64,000 nucleotides of DNA from a virus, in the IMG/VR virus record IMGVR_UViG_3300042731_007310, positions 1 through 64,000 of that record. One strand, 5' to 3'. Position 1 is the stretch's first letter. Every line of letters begins with the position of its first letter. The translations under genes were made by a program, and so were the position numbers. Below the pieces are notes generated by a model. The model saw only the letters and a list, made by a program, of their open reading frames with translations. It had not been told where the DNA came from and did not search any database. Below are positions 47,142-57,442 of this stretch, in pieces.

Positions 47142-48245
47142 ATGCCAGCTTTAGTACGCGGTGAAGTCAGCAATTGTAGCAATCCAAAACTTGACGTTTT
47201 TATGAGAGATCAATACGGACAACTTATAAATGTTTCCGAATTATCTTTTCAGATTTTTGACAAGGTTACAACTCCCGGAACACCAATTCAAATTTATCCG
47301 CTTACAGGTCGTCAAAGTGTTGATTTGAATCCTTGTCCGGTTGGTGGTCGATTAGAGACTGGTAGATATGTTGCTACATACACCATTCCATTTACGATAC
47401 CTATAGGTACTCATGAAATTAGGTGGTTTACAAAATTGAGTTCAACAGATCCGGAACAAGATTTTGCAGAAGAATTTCAGGTCCTATCTGAAGCAACAAT
47501 TTTACCTGGTGATTATTATGTTAGTGTATCAGAAGTAAGAGCGGCTGGATTGAATTCACAACCACCTGATGACGCTGAAATTCAAGCTTCAATTTGTTTA
47601 TGGCAACAGGTTCTAGAAAGAGCAACTAGACAGTGGTTTAGGCCAATAGAGATAGAAATGTATTTGGATGGAACCGATAGCGACGCGCTTCATTTTGCTA
47701 TTCCAATAATCTCTATAGAAGAATTAAAAATCAATGACGAAGATTCTGCATTGGATACTGATCGTTATAAAGTTTATAATAGCGTAAGGTATCCTGATGA
47801 TAGAAAGAATCCAAGAATAAAATTGATAGATCAATGGGGTTACAAAAGAGATATCTATAGCTCACAAGATAGAACTAGTAGAAGTCGCTTTTTCAAGGGT
47901 CGTCAAAATCAATACGTGAAAGGTGTTTTTGGATACGTTGAAGCTGATGGTTCTACGCCATTATTGATCAAACAGGCTATGATTAGATTGGTTGTGAAGG
48001 ATCTGACAACACCACTGATAGAAGATCCTGAAAGTGATATTTCACCACCCCCGTTAGTAACCGGAAATGTTTCTGAAGAATGGACTGATGGTCACAAAAT
48101 AAAGTATCAAATTAGTGGTGGTGAATTGAAGCCGCGCGCCCCTGGTTTATCTGGTTTGATTGACGATCCATTTGTTCAGAGAGTAATAACGTTATACAAG
48201 GCTCCTATAGGAATGGAAACACCCCCTAATCCAACATGGTCATAA
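47142..48245 (+). CDS. head-tail adaptor with N-terminal Ig-like domain
   Basis: YYVSVSEVRA, LERATRQWF, FGY..TPLLIKQA. Confidence 0.7.
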   Translation: MPALVRGEVSNCSNPKLDVFMRDQYGQLINVSELSFQIFDKVTTPGTPIQIYPLTGRQSVDLNPCPVGGRLETGRYVATYTIPFTIPIGTHEIRWFTKLSSTDPEQDFAEEFQVLSEATILPGDYYVSVSEVRAAGLNSQPPDDAEIQASICLWQQVLERATRQWFRPIEIEMYLDGTDSDALHFAIPIISIEELKINDEDSALDTDRYKVYNSVRYPDDRKNPRIKLIDQWGYKRDIYSSQDRTSRSRFFKGRQNQYVKGVFGYVEADGSTPLLIKQAMIRLVVKDLTTPLIEDPESDISPPPLVTGNVSEEWTDGHKIKYQISGGELKPRAPGLSGLIDDPFVQRVITLYKAPIGMETPPNPTWS

Positions 48246-48246
48246 A

Positions 48247-48669
48247 ATGGTTTTACCTAGACTCATACATCCGATACCAACACAAATTCAACCGTTTCTT
48301 CCACAAGATACGATTCAGGACGATGGTTATAATGAGCCCGTTCAAACTGTTGAATATGGTGAAACATACACAATAAAAGGTCAATGGAAATGGTATTCTG
48401 AAAAAGAACTTAGGCAAATGAGGTCCGGAACTGAAGAAGGTTCAGACGGATATGTATTGCTTAGGATGAAAGATTTGAAAGCGTTAGGAAAAACGCTTTC
48501 ACGTGGTGATAGAATTGCTGGTTATGGATCTGGAACTGGAAGAGTAGAACTTGATGTATACGTGGTAAAAATAAGGTATGAAGGACATTATCCGGATCAA
48601 GGTGGACCTGCACTTGTGAAAGCATTTTTCTTAGATAGACAACCAGATAGACAAACACCTGGTATTTGA
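48247..48669 (+). CDS. head closure protein
   Basis: Size, synteny, GDRI motif. Confidence 0.6.
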   Translation: MVLPRLIHPIPTQIQPFLPQDTIQDDGYNEPVQTVEYGETYTIKGQWKWYSEKELRQMRSGTEEGSDGYVLLRMKDLKALGKTLSRGDRIAGYGSGTGRVELDVYVVKIRYEGHYPDQGGPALVKAFFLDRQPDRQTPGI

Positions 48670-49292
48670 TGCCTACCCAATTCAAAATAAAAGGACTAAA
48701 AAAATGGCAACAAGCTATTGATGCACGCGGTTTTGATAGGGCGTCTAGAATACATATGAGACAAGCCACAAAACTAAATGGTTTGATGGCTACAAAATTA
48801 CAAAGACAGGTTATTCAAAGCGGAAAAAGTCTAAATAGAAACGCTACTCTTACACAAGCAATAAAGGGTGATGACAAGGCTTTAGTAGATGATGCAACTT
48901 TGTTTCAAAGTATAACGCATAAAGTTATTGATGACTTCACTGTTTTTGCTGGTGTTCTTAGATCTGATCGATCGTTTGAAGTTGCATCGATGATTCATCA
49001 TGGAGCTGAAGCAAGAGTCAGCAAAAAGATGCGTGGTTTATTCTATGTATTATGGAGGGCTAGCACTGGAAAAATGGATCCAAACAGACTAACCGGAAGG
49101 GCTAAGGATCTGTATGAGAGAATGCAAACTGGTTGGCTACCACTAAGTAACGATACTGAAGTTATCGTGATTCCGCCTAGACAATGGATTATAATTGCAT
49201 TTAGAAATACTCAAATGATCAAACAAGCGCGCGACAATTGGAAGATGGCCTTACAGCGTGCTTTCGCTGATAGAGCAAAGGGTGGTAAATAA
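48666..49292 (+). CDS. neck/tail completion (virion morphogenesis) protein
   Basis: LVDDATLFQSIT, IHHGA, IPPRQWI. Confidence 0.7.
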   Translation: MMPTQFKIKGLKKWQQAIDARGFDRASRIHMRQATKLNGLMATKLQRQVIQSGKSLNRNATLTQAIKGDDKALVDDATLFQSITHKVIDDFTVFAGVLRSDRSFEVASMIHHGAEARVSKKMRGLFYVLWRASTGKMDPNRLTGRAKDLYERMQTGWLPLSNDTEVIVIPPRQWIIIAFRNTQMIKQARDNWKMALQRAFADRAKGGK

Positions 49293-50539
49293 TGCCTAGA
49301 TTTAGAAAAATGATGAAAAGCTTTTTGTTCGAAGAGTCATTTAGAAGAGATATGGCCGATCTAAATTCTGGCGTAAGGCTGAATCCACAAACTAATAGAT
49401 TAGAAATAATGCCTGTTAGTGGCGGTTCCTATCCAACTACCCTAGATTTATTCGCAAGAACAAGATTGACAACACCGGAAGCCCTTAGAAAATGGTCTGG
49501 ATTTTTTGTCATATTGAATAATGCTAAAATTGCCGGTGACGTGGTTACTGATGTTAGGTTTAGAATTAGTGATGGGGTAAATGATTATTATTGGAATACT
49601 GGTGCTAATGACTGGGTTGTGGCCGCTCCAAACAATTGGAATACAGAACAAGAAGTAGCAGATAATATAGATAAGTGGTTGAATCAATCTATACAGGTTG
49701 TGATAAATCTGTCTACTCAAAATGAACGTGTAACGCCATACGTAAATGAAGTGAGGTTGTTATATGAAACCGATCTTGTTTTTCTTGAAGACTACGTTGT
49801 TAGATCATTCAAAGAAGATCTTTTGGACAATGTTAGGCCGATTTCTGTTATCGCGTTTAATTCAAGCGGTGAAACACAAAAAGATTTGAGTGTTATAAAA
49901 ACACCGTACGATATCGTAGACGTTGACGCGGTATATAACAACACGGTTGACGAAAAACATCTTTCACCACTTTCCGGTGTATCGTTCAATCCGACTTCGA
50001 AAACTGTTTTCTTTCCAGCGCAAACGGTAGGTGACCGAATTGAAATAAGATTTATTTGGCGCCCCTACGTTGTTTTGACGCAATCGCAAGATTATACAGA
50101 AGTCCGGAAAATTCCTGTCATAGTAATCGACGATGTTTCTATCGAAAATGAAAGTGTGATTAGAAATAGGCCGTACGTAATAAACAAAGGAACCGGTCAT
50201 GGTTTTGTTTTCGAAGAAGGTTTTCAAGCCGATATAAGGACACCGTTACGTATTATCACAAGCTCTAGAAGGGATTTGGATATATTATCTGATGAGTTGA
50301 AGCGGTACTTTGCTAACACCACATTTCTTAGATCTCGTGGTCAGGATGAAAATTACACATACCGTGTTTTGGAAGTTTTCAACGATAGTTCAACACCGTC
50401 ACAAAAGGAACTGTACACTGGTAGACTTACCGTTTTGATCGAAAAAGCTGTATTCTATAGTGAAGACGCTAAGCCGATAACTGGTGTCAAGCGCTTTAGC
50501 GTGACTGGTGGAAACATTACAATAGAAGTCACGAATTAG
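49292..50539 (+). CDS. putative tail/sheath terminator with extra N-terminal domain
   Basis: Position directly before the sheath gene. Confidence 0.5.
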   Translation: MPRFRKMMKSFLFEESFRRDMADLNSGVRLNPQTNRLEIMPVSGGSYPTTLDLFARTRLTTPEALRKWSGFFVILNNAKIAGDVVTDVRFRISDGVNDYYWNTGANDWVVAAPNNWNTEQEVADNIDKWLNQSIQVVINLSTQNERVTPYVNEVRLLYETDLVFLEDYVVRSFKEDLLDNVRPISVIAFNSSGETQKDLSVIKTPYDIVDVDAVYNNTVDEKHLSPLSGVSFNPTSKTVFFPAQTVGDRIEIRFIWRPYVVLTQSQDYTEVRKIPVIVIDDVSIENESVIRNRPYVINKGTGHGFVFEEGFQADIRTPLRIITSSRRDLDILSDELKRYFANTTFLRSRGQDENYTYRVLEVFNDSSTPSQKELYTGRLTVLIEKAVFYSEDAKPITGVKRFSVTGGNITIEVTN

Positions 50540-50550
50540 GAGGTTTTCCC

Positions 50551-52875
50551 ATGACAAGAAGATTTGGACCTACGCGAGCCGCTGGCACGGTGATCGAAGA
50601 ACAAGAAGGCGACAAGAGTATAAGTCCTGGTGCTTTAGGGTGGGCCGGATATGCTGGCATTATGGAAAAGGGACCTGTCGGTGAGCTTATGCTGGTTTCG
50701 TCAAAAACCGAATTGCTGGCAATGACAGGCGGTATTTTATCCGATAGTTTGTTACCCGATTGCGCGCAAGATTTTTTCAGTGTGGCTAATGGCGCTGGTG
50801 GACTTGCGCTTGTTCGTGTTACTGATGGTAACGAATTGCAATCAGAACGTACGTTATACGCGCGTATCGGAAGCCTTTTGACGCCTATGGGTACATTGAA
50901 AGCCGCAAATGGCGGAAGGTGGGGTGGTAAGAAAGATAATAGATCTTACGATCTAGATGCGGCTGGTGATCTTGCAAACACAACGCTTCAACTTCCCGCT
51001 GCTATAGCAAGTTCTTTAGTAACCGACCAATTAAAGGGTGGCTGGATTGAATTGGACGCTGTAGCGAATACAAGATATCCGATCATAGGAAATAGTAATA
51101 CTGGATTGATAACGGTTGCAGCCGATCAAACCATGAAAGATGACTGGACGGCCGCTGCGGTTCCTACAAATCTTCGATTCTACCTGATTTTGGAGAATGA
51201 AGGAAAATCAGTCTCTTTCAAAATTGGTGACGGTGAAGAAAATCCTGATACGGAATTCTCAATCGAATTCTTTGTTGATGGTGCAACGGTGAAGAAGTAC
51301 GGAAATCTTCATACGGATCCTAACAACGCGCGTTATTGGGTAAATGTAATCAATAACGACACTTCAAATTTTGTAGCTGAAGCCGTGGATCTTTGGACTG
51401 GTGCTCATGTGGCAAACGTAAGGCCAGCAAATTATTACGGGATAATCAAGACTGTAACGGCTACAGTTCTAACCGCTGAAATTCACGACTTTACAATCAA
51501 TAGCCCTAGTGGTGGTAATCCTACGTTTGCATTAGGGACTACAACCGACGAAATGATCGAACAACAAATCACCATTACGATGACAGCGCCTACCACTGGC
51601 GACGTAGTTTCTGACAAGTTTGGTGCATTGGGTACGGTTACGTTAGGTACTCTATTTGATCCGGTGAATGGTGCTGGTGGCGCGAACATAAACAAGTGGT
51701 GTCCACCGTTTACTGTAACGACTGGTGCCACTCCGTTAGTAGCTACTGACACGTTGGTTGTAAACTATAAGCCGTTTGTGGCTGATGAGTTGATCGGTGG
51801 TTATCTCTATCCTGACAAAGTGAATTACAAACTGGATAACTATAGGATCGTAGACAACGATCACAAATCCATCACTATCGCAAGTGGTAATGATATGACG
51901 ACGATAGCCGCTATAGCAGACGAATTCATGGTATCCGCTGCTATCGAAATGGCTTTCGGTAGAGACGGAAATGCAGACGTTGTTGACGCGGATTATGAAC
52001 TTCAAGCTTGGGATGTAGACACAAGCCCGTTCAACGATGTAGCTGGACTGAATCTAGGCCTAATCAAATTCGCTACCCCTGGTGTGAATTCAACGGCCGT
52101 TCAAAAAGCTGGTGTTGCGTACGCTGAAGCAAAGAATCATCAGTATCGATATGAAGCGGCTTCAACCGTACTAACCGAAAACAGCGCGTTGTCTCTCGTA
52201 AATGACACGCTAGGGCGTTCCGATTATGCCGTGATGGCTTGGCCGTCTTACGGATATGTTCCGGATCCTGACCCGAATTTCGCTCGTGAAGGCCGTTTGA
52301 AGCTCATACCGATGACTGGTATGATTCATGGTCGTGAAGCTTCAATAGCCCGTAATTGGAACGGTTATCACAAGGCTGAAGCCGGTGTTGATGCAACACT
52401 ACCACGTGTACTAAAACTTCCGACCTTGGATAGGCGACTGAATGAAGAACTGTTGAACCCTGCCGGAATCGCTGTTATCAAGAAGAAGCAAGGCAATTTC
52501 GTGATATGGGGTGATCGTACTCTACATAGAGATCCGTCTTGGAAATGGAAGCACCAACGCGAACAAATGTGTTATTACGAACAAGTTCTTCAAGAATCGT
52601 TTGATTTCATTATTTTCGCTATCAATGATGCAATAAGCGATAAACTAGCGGAAACAGCGCTAATCACTTTCTTCCTTCCGGAATTTGTGAAAAGAGCGCT
52701 ACGTGGTAAAACGTTCCAAGAAGCCGCGATCATCAAAGTAGATGAAGAGTTGAACACCGATGTCACGAGAGACGCTGGTGATAAGATCGCTTCAGTAAGT
52801 TTGCGTTTAGCCGATACGGTTGAACGGTTTATAATCAAAATCGGTAAACAAGGAATTTTTGAATCAGTAGCATAA
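50551..52875 (+). CDS. contractile tail sheath protein
   Basis: GTVIEE..EKGPVG; HKAEAG, LNPAGI, VIWGDRTL. Confidence 0.92.
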   Translation: MTRRFGPTRAAGTVIEEQEGDKSISPGALGWAGYAGIMEKGPVGELMLVSSKTELLAMTGGILSDSLLPDCAQDFFSVANGAGGLALVRVTDGNELQSERTLYARIGSLLTPMGTLKAANGGRWGGKKDNRSYDLDAAGDLANTTLQLPAAIASSLVTDQLKGGWIELDAVANTRYPIIGNSNTGLITVAADQTMKDDWTAAAVPTNLRFYLILENEGKSVSFKIGDGEENPDTEFSIEFFVDGATVKKYGNLHTDPNNARYWVNVINNDTSNFVAEAVDLWTGAHVANVRPANYYGIIKTVTATVLTAEIHDFTINSPSGGNPTFALGTTTDEMIEQQITITMTAPTTGDVVSDKFGALGTVTLGTLFDPVNGAGGANINKWCPPFTVTTGATPLVATDTLVVNYKPFVADELIGGYLYPDKVNYKLDNYRIVDNDHKSITIASGNDMTTIAAIADEFMVSAAIEMAFGRDGNADVVDADYELQAWDVDTSPFNDVAGLNLGLIKFATPGVNSTAVQKAGVAYAEAKNHQYRYEAASTVLTENSALSLVNDTLGRSDYAVMAWPSYGYVPDPDPNFAREGRLKLIPMTGMIHGREASIARNWNGYHKAEAGVDATLPRVLKLPTLDRRLNEELLNPAGIAVIKKKQGNFVIWGDRTLHRDPSWKWKHQREQMCYYEQVLQESFDFIIFAINDAISDKLAETALITFFLPEFVKRALRGKTFQEAAIIKVDEELNTDVTRDAGDKIASVSLRLADTVERFIIKIGKQGIFESVA

Positions 52876-52929
52876 GGCCAAAGTCGAAAAACGTTTTAGG
52901 CGCTTAGCGCTAAATTGGAGGTAAGGAAA

Positions 52930-53373
52930 ATGTCAAGAGCCACACTAAAAAGGTCGCTAGGCGAAGCTGGTGCATTTTTTGACGATTCGCACGGCGAAGA
53001 TAATCTGTTAGCAGTGCTAACGTCTATGGCTAACGTAGGCGAAAGTCTAAGTGTCAAAGAAGCGAGTCCATCAACAGGGATAAAAGCTTCAATGGTGATG
53101 GATGGCGCTTCAAGGATTGGAACGCTATACACGAAAATAGGCACTACCGGAACAGCGCTTCAAACAGACGTACGCGTACGCGTGAATGGAACCTTGATTA
53201 CCGGAACGCTTTCTACTCTCAATACGGAAGCTGATGGTACTTATAAGGGTCTAGCGTACAACTACAATCTTGCGGCTGGTGATTTGGTAGAAATCGATTT
53301 TACAGCCGTTGCTACTGGTGCGGCAAACGTCGCGGCTACCCTAAGAATGAAGCCTGTAACGGTTGAGACTTGA
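52930..53373 (+). CDS. small beta-sandwich protein between sheath and tube genes
   Basis: GGAGG/AAGGA RBS; Thr/Gly-rich, AAGDLVEI. Confidence 0.65.
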   Translation: MSRATLKRSLGEAGAFFDDSHGEDNLLAVLTSMANVGESLSVKEASPSTGIKASMVMDGASRIGTLYTKIGTTGTALQTDVRVRVNGTLITGTLSTLNTEADGTYKGLAYNYNLAAGDLVEIDFTAVATGAANVAATLRMKPVTVET

Positions 53374-53423
53374 TTTCTCAATAACGTCTAATTTCTACTT
53401 CATCCAATGCAAGGAGGATCAAA

Positions 53424-53861
53424 GTGAAAGGCGAAATTTTAGCAGACCATATGTCGGTCAATAAGTATACACTTCAAATTGTCGGATTGATTCCGATAAC
53501 AGCCGTTGAAATGTCGGGTATCGAAGATGAACTTGAAACCACAGAACTTCCGGATCGGACTGTTGCGAGTGGTGGTAATCGAAAGGCTACGGAATTCACA
53601 ATGATGGTTCCCGCCCACCATGCCGCTGAACAAGCCGCTTTAGAGTTATGGTATAGAGAGTCTCAAGATCCCGTTTCACCAACGTACAAAAAGCCGTGTA
53701 CCTTGACCTTGGAGTCAATATCTGGAAATGCAACACGCGGTTATACGCTTTCTGGCGTTTTTCCAAAAGGTAGAAATACCCCTGATTTGGAAAAGAAAAA
53801 TGAAGGCGAAATAGCCCTAATAGAATGGGTGATGTCAGTAGACGACATTATCCCAATATAA
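53424..53861 (+). CDS. tail tube protein (T4 gp19-like)
   Basis: SGIEDE, ELW, YTLSGVFP, IE; AAGGAGG RBS; synteny. Confidence 0.85.
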   Translation: MKGEILADHMSVNKYTLQIVGLIPITAVEMSGIEDELETTELPDRTVASGGNRKATEFTMMVPAHHAAEQAALELWYRESQDPVSPTYKKPCTLTLESISGNATRGYTLSGVFPKGRNTPDLEKKNEGEIALIEWVMSVDDIIPI

Positions 53862-53959
53862 TTCTTGGAACCTGGTGGTTCCTAAATTGCGATACAATCG
53901 CTTTCTGAAAACCTGTTGGTTTGACCTATCAAGGCTATTAGCCGATTGGAGGTAACCCG

Positions 53960-54838
53960 ATGAAAAAAGTAGGTACAAAAGAGATAAAAGAAGACGATCC
54001 GAAAGTCAAAGAAACACCGGGTCGAATGACTATAACGTTAGGGGAATACCGCGATAGATTACCTGTTGGTATATTGCAAGGCGGTAAACTCTATAAAGAC
54101 GTTATTTTGAAGCCATGGCGTACTAAAGACGAACGTGAATTAGGGAAGAAATTTCCTAATGACGCTGGTATGGCTGAACATGTTTCGATAGTAGTAGCCA
54201 ATATGTGTTCTAAATTAGGCCCTCATGATATGGACAGTATGAAGGACGCTGAAAAATCATTGGTTGTTTCTACTATGTATATGGCCGATGTTTTTTATGT
54301 CTATACGTTATTGAGATTGAAATCTATGGGCAAGGATTTGAAGCTTACAATTACCTGCCCTACACCTGGTTGTGGTGTTGAATTCCCATATGTTGGAAAT
54401 CTTGAAACCATAGAAGTATCGTACGTTGAAGATCTTGACGATATTTTGTGGAACTATGACCTTCACGATCCTATCGACATAAGAAAACAGAAAGTCGAAA
54501 AATTTAGGATGGCATATCCCAAATGGTCGGTAATGGAAGAAGGACGTGGAAACACAAACGAAGCTGAAGTGAAAGCTATGACTCTTCTTGGTTCAATCGT
54601 TGGTCTAAACGATGTAAATGAGCCCGTATCATTGACTATGTCTGAAATTGATGAGTTATCAAAAGTTGATTTTGAATGTCTCATTCAAGGAATAAATGAT
54701 CATTTTTTAGGCCCTAAAATGGGCATAGAAGGCGAGTGTACACCGGAAATTTGTACTAAGCTGAAGCGCGGTGGTCATAAATTTATCTTTCCGATAGATT
54801 GGAGGTATAAGAATTTTTTCGGTTCTTCTTCCCGATAA
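53960..54838 (+). CDS. tail assembly chaperone (T4 gp26-like, duplicated domain)
   Basis: LRLKSMG..CPTPGC; ends NFF; lies between tube and tape measure. Confidence 0.7.
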   Translation: MKKVGTKEIKEDDPKVKETPGRMTITLGEYRDRLPVGILQGGKLYKDVILKPWRTKDERELGKKFPNDAGMAEHVSIVVANMCSKLGPHDMDSMKDAEKSLVVSTMYMADVFYVYTLLRLKSMGKDLKLTITCPTPGCGVEFPYVGNLETIEVSYVEDLDDILWNYDLHDPIDIRKQKVEKFRMAYPKWSVMEEGRGNTNEAEVKAMTLLGSIVGLNDVNEPVSLTMSEIDELSKVDFECLIQGINDHFLGPKMGIEGECTPEICTKLKRGGHKFIFPIDWRYKNFFGSSSR

Positions 54839-55056
54839 CTAGTGTAGACGAGTTACGGGAAGAAACTTTTGGTCTATATTATTTTTCTGAAGGTGGAATC
54901 AATTACGACAATATAGATAATATGGATTCAGAAGAAAGAGCGTGGCATCTAAGACGAATTTATGATCAAAAGAAAAAAGAAAGTGACGCGGTAAAAAAGG
55001 CTCAAGGAGGTACGAATAAACCGGCTGGTGGTAGAATAAGAAGAAAACGGAGATAG
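54811..55056 (+). CDS. -1 frameshift extension of the tail chaperone
   Basis: Open -1 frame starting at T TTT TTC (54814-54820); LREETFGLYY..MDSEERAWHLRRI. Confidence 0.75.
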   Translation, partial: EFFRFFFPITSVDELREETFGLYYFSEGGINYDNIDNMDSEERAWHLRRIYDQKKKESDAVKKAQGGTNKPAGGRIRRKRR

Positions 55057-55060
55057 AAAA

Positions 55061-57442
55061 GTGGCGTTAGAAAAAGTCGGTTTAGGTGGTGTTCTTCAGT
55101 TTGATGAAAAACAAGCCGTTCGCGGTATGGGTAACGCCACACGCGCTTCAAAACTGTTTTCAAAATCATTCAATCAAATCACGAATGTAGCTAGGGCGGT
55201 TGGTCAAGGTATGGGTCAACTAGCCGGTTCAATGCGATCATTCGGTGTTGCCGCGCTTCCGGTGTCCGCTGCTATGGGGTTTGGAACCAAGCAAGCGATA
55301 GACTTCGAAAAGCAAATGTCAGCCGTTCGTGCTATTACTGGTGCGACTTCTGAAGAAATGGCAATGCTTGAAAAAGAAGCGAAGAAACAAGGCGCTACTA
55401 CGGCTTATAGCGCTACACAAGCTGGTGAAGGAATGGAATTCCTTTCACGTGCTGGTTTTTCTGTAAATGAACAAATGGCTGCAATAGGACCTTTATTGAA
55501 TGCGGCTGCGGCTGATGGTATTGGGTTAGGTGAAACGGCTAATATAGTTGCTAACTCTTTACGTTCTATGAATCTTCCAGCTAGTGATGCGGCTAGGGTA
55601 GCTGATGTATTAGCGCTTACTTCAGCAAAAACAAATACGAATATCCTTCAAATGGGTGAAGCTATGCGTTATGCGGCTCCACAAGCGAAGGCTATGAATG
55701 TTGAATTTGAACAGTTATCAGCCGTATTAGGTGCGGCGGCTGACGCTGGTTTACAAGGTTCTATTGGTGGTACTTCATTTACTCAAGCAATGGTAAAACT
55801 TTTGAAGCCAAGTGAAGAAGGAAGTAGGCTTCTACAACAATACAACGTTCAGGTTCATAAAACTGCAACTGGATACACTGATGTAATTGATCTATTTGGA
55901 CAAGTATCTAAGGGAATAAAATCAATAAGCGATCCTTTGGATCAAGCTAGAGCTGTAACAGAACTTTTCGGTGTACGTGGTCAAAAGGCAATAAATGCAG
56001 TTCTAACAGCTATAGAGTCCGGAAAGATGGAAGGTTTAGCTGAACAACTTTATAATGCTGAAGGTTCAGCTAAACGTATGGCTGATATACGTTTAGATAA
56101 TGTAGCTGGTGCTTTTACCCTTTTGAAATCGGCCGCTGAAGGTTTCGCGCTAGAGACTGCCGGATTGTTCTTAGGTCCAATGAAGGAAGGCGTTCAGGGA
56201 TTCACAAATAATCTTTCAAATGTTGTTCTTGTTCTTCAGGAATTGAATAGCGAAGAAGGTCTAACAGATGAAACTTCAAAGAAAGTTGGATCAACAATTG
56301 TTGAAGTAGCAAAGGGGATAAAAGAAGGTATAGACACTGTAATAGAAGCATGGACTACATTTAGAAAATCTGTTACTGATTTCATAGCAAAATTCACTGG
56401 AAGTCAGTCACCAGGTATGATCAAGCAATTTACAAAGATAGCTACTATTGCGCTGGTGGTAGCTGGTGCTATTGCTCCCATACTGTTAGCCGTTGGTGGT
56501 CTAGCGTTCTTTATTTCAACCGCCTTAGTTCCGGTTTTTAGTGTTATCGGATCTGTTGTTGGTGCTGTATTTGGTGGCGTTGTACTTCCTATTTTGGCGG
56601 TTTTAGCTGGTGCTTTTTTGATTATCAGAAGAGACGGTGAGAGTGTAGGGGAAACTTTCACTAGAATATGGGAAGGTATAAAACAAGGTTTTGATTTCGT
56701 AATGGAAACCGCGATAAATCCTTTTATTGCTGGTTTTCAGTACATACCTGATGTGTTTGGTTATGTACAAGAAAAATTTTGGGAATTTGTCGATTCATTG
56801 AGGACAGATTTTTATGATGTTATAAACGCTATAACACAAGCGGCTTCCGCATTGATGCCATTTTTTGAAGTAGTTTGGACTTTCCTAGGAAATATCGTAG
56901 GTACTGCCGTTGCTGGTATGGGGTTAGCATTCACTACGATGTTTGATATTGTAAAATGGGTAGTACGAGAATTGAAATTCTTGGTTGTATCGCTAATAGA
57001 AAGTATAGTAAACTTAGTAAAAAATGTTTCATGGGGTATAGGTAAACTTGGAGAGTTAGCCGGTTTTGACTGGGGTAAAAAAATGGTCGAATTCGGCAAG
57101 GATAAATTTCAAGTTGAATTAGGAACAAAACAACGCGGATTACAACCACCAGAAAAGCCTTCTGAAATATCGAAAAAGATAGGTGAAGAACAAGCTAAGG
57201 CTAAGGGTGATGAAAAAAGTGGAGATATGAAAGCGTTGGCTGATGAATTGGCTAAAGCAACAAAAGACGCACAACCTAAATGTGTTGAAGTAAATAATAA
57301 AATGTCGGTAGATGGTAAGACGCTTGCAAAATCTAGTAGTAGACATAGGATTGAACTTCAAGAACGATCTGGCTTCAAATCTACACCTTGGCAAAGAAGA
57401 TCCGCTGTAGAACATGGCGCAACACCGGTAGGGGGTGCATGA
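55061..57442 (+). CDS. tape measure protein (TP901-type core)
   Basis: FEKQMSAV, TAYSATQAGEGM, ADVLA, MADIRLDN; TM segments. Confidence 0.92.
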   Translation: MALEKVGLGGVLQFDEKQAVRGMGNATRASKLFSKSFNQITNVARAVGQGMGQLAGSMRSFGVAALPVSAAMGFGTKQAIDFEKQMSAVRAITGATSEEMAMLEKEAKKQGATTAYSATQAGEGMEFLSRAGFSVNEQMAAIGPLLNAAAADGIGLGETANIVANSLRSMNLPASDAARVADVLALTSAKTNTNILQMGEAMRYAAPQAKAMNVEFEQLSAVLGAAADAGLQGSIGGTSFTQAMVKLLKPSEEGSRLLQQYNVQVHKTATGYTDVIDLFGQVSKGIKSISDPLDQARAVTELFGVRGQKAINAVLTAIESGKMEGLAEQLYNAEGSAKRMADIRLDNVAGAFTLLKSAAEGFALETAGLFLGPMKEGVQGFTNNLSNVVLVLQELNSEEGLTDETSKKVGSTIVEVAKGIKEGIDTVIEAWTTFRKSVTDFIAKFTGSQSPGMIKQFTKIATIALVVAGAIAPILLAVGGLAFFISTALVPVFSVIGSVVGAVFGGVVLPILAVLAGAFLIIRRDGESVGETFTRIWEGIKQGFDFVMETAINPFIAGFQYIPDVFGYVQEKFWEFVDSLRTDFYDVINAITQAASALMPFFEVVWTFLGNIVGTAVAGMGLAFTTMFDIVKWVVRELKFLVVSLIESIVNLVKNVSWGIGKLGELAGFDWGKKMVEFGKDKFQVELGTKQRGLQPPEKPSEISKKIGEEQAKAKGDEKSGDMKALADELAKATKDAQPKCVEVNNKMSVDGKTLAKSSSRHRIELQERSGFKSTPWQRRSAVEHGATPVGGA

